Shown: positions 63,426 through 64,000 of the stretch, one piece after another
How the letters are laid out: each line of letters starts with the position of its first letter
Position numbering within the stretch: position 1 is the stretch's first letter
Source of the DNA: Acidimicrobiales bacterium
Lineage (GTDB): Bacteria; Actinomycetota; Acidimicrobiia; Acidimicrobiales; Palsa-688
NCBI GenBank assembly: GCA_052325485.1
Contig: JBKQUU010000042.1
Span: 1,946 to 65,945 of the forward strand
Length of the DNA stretch: 64,000 nucleotides
Reading direction: 5' to 3'
The notes under the pieces: generated by a model
What the model was told of the DNA's origin: nothing
Database searches by the model: none
Seen by the model: only the letters and a program-made list of their open reading frames with translations
Translations under genes and position numbers: made by a program

Positions 63426-64000
63426 CTCGACGGCTCACCGCCGGCCGCCCCCCCGCCTGCAGGCGTCGTGCCCGGGCCGAGAGCAGCGGGCGCCGGTACG
63501 GCAGAGATCGCGGCTTGGCTCTTGAGCGCGGCCAGCTCGTTCTCAACCTGGGAGGTGGAGCCCAACTCGTTCAGCTGCTTGGCGATGTCGTCGCCGTGGT
63601 CAGCCCCGACGTCCTCGAGGACCCCGGACTGGAGCAGTTCGTCCAAGGCCCCAGCATGGGCTTGAGCGGCGGCAATTTTGTCTTGTGCGCGCTGCAGGGC
63701 ATCGCTGGAATCATGAAAAGTCCCCGAGATCCCGGCGATCTGGTCGTTGACCATGGAGGTAGCCTGTGCCGCGCTGTACTGCGCCTTCAGGCTCTCCTTC
63801 TGCGTCCGGAACTGGTTGACGCGGGTCTGCAGCGCTTGCAGGGTCTGAGTCATCTTCTCTTGCTGCTCCGACAGCTGCTGGTGCTGCGGCTCCAAGGCGT
63901 CGACCTGTTGCTGGGCGGCCGCTTTGCGGCTCAACGCCTCCCGGGCGAGGTCGTCCCGGCCCAGTTGCACTGCTTGAGCCGCCTGTTGGTTGAGGTGGTC
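63422..64000 (-). CDS. pspA: PspA/IM30 (phage-shock protein A / Vipp1) family protein, C-terminal part; start lies beyond the right edge
   Basis: GRDDLAREALSRKAAAQQQV...LQTRVNQFRTQKESLKAQYSAAQA...ALQRAQDKI coiled-coil pattern typical of PspA. The frame stays open to position 64000 (DHLNQQAAQAVQLGR...). Confidence 0.8.
   Translation of the reverse strand, partial: DHLNQQAAQAVQLGRDDLAREALSRKAAAQQQVDALEPQHQQLSEQQEKMTQTLQALQTRVNQFRTQKESLKAQYSAAQATSMVNDQIAGISGTFHDSSDALQRAQDKIAAAQAHAGALDELLQSGVLEDVGADHGDDIAKQLNELGSTSQVENELAALKSQAAISAVPAPAALGPGTTPAGGGAAGGEPSR

Noticed and set aside
1-64000. Search for tRNA/rRNA/tmRNA genes, CRISPR arrays, integrases, transposases, and inverted terminal repeats or att-like duplications flanking the SIR2/STAND locus.
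   Set aside because: I saw no T-loop-like GGTTCGAATCC-type sequence outside coding frames (the one gttcgagacc lies inside the pirin HRGFET motif). There are no repeat/spacer arrays, no recombinase-like ORFs, and no matching direct repeats at 16.35-16.48 kb versus 23.0-23.05 kb. This was a by-eye scan, so short or degenerate elements could have been missed.

Overview
High-GC (Actinomycetota-like) chromosomal segment that is almost fully coding. GTG/TTG starts and 4-nt stop/start overlaps (ATGA, GTGA, TTGA) are frequent. I found no rRNA, tRNA, CRISPR array, transposase or integrase.

Layout, left to right:
(1) 0.3-14.2 kb, minus strand: a ten-gene array with two paralogous MoxR AAA+ ATPase/DUF58 modules, a DUF4129 protein, small membrane proteins, a 1335-aa Pro/Thr-rich surface protein, a transglutaminase-like membrane protein whose catalytic Cys and His look substituted, and a minimal Ser/Thr kinase.
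(2) 14.4-16.4 kb: a PIG-L/LmbE-type deacetylase flanked by short GC-rich tandem repeats, then a hypothetical protein.
(3) 16.5-23.0 kb, the most interesting locus: a three-gene, defence-like operon. It encodes a stand-alone SIR2-like (predicted NADase) protein, a 1218-aa P-loop STAND NTPase with a hydrophobic helix and about two WD40 propellers, and a membrane protein with a 2-TM channel-like N-terminus, a TrkA-N (NAD-binding RCK) domain and a RyR domain.
(4) 23-29 kb: Lon protease, pirin, DyP peroxidase and an EAL-HDOD protein.
(5) 29-46 kb, minus strand: a 16-gene tightly coupled array. A NitT/TauT-type ABC importer, an IclR regulator and six non-hut enzymes (Zn-ADH, HisC-like, HisD-like, kinase-like, FMN hydroxy-acid oxidase, SDR) run directly into hutU-hutH-amidase-hutF-hutI.
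(6) 46-49 kb: cyclase, enolase-superfamily and SDR genes.
(7) 49.5-52 kb: a SipW-type signal peptidase fused to a long membrane extension, next to a TasA-like cognate substrate.
(8) 52-60.5 kb: a TMEM175-like channel, a PRTase, decayed gene fragments and a catabolic cluster (ALDH, two HpcH aldolases, Gfo/Idh/MocA, TIM-barrel isomerase, hydrolase).
(9) 60.5-64 kb, minus strand: a PspA/IM30 operon with an orphan 140-aa protein and three paralogous genes, each carrying two YbjQ (UPF0145) domains.

All family calls come from motifs read by eye in the ORF translations. No database search was run.
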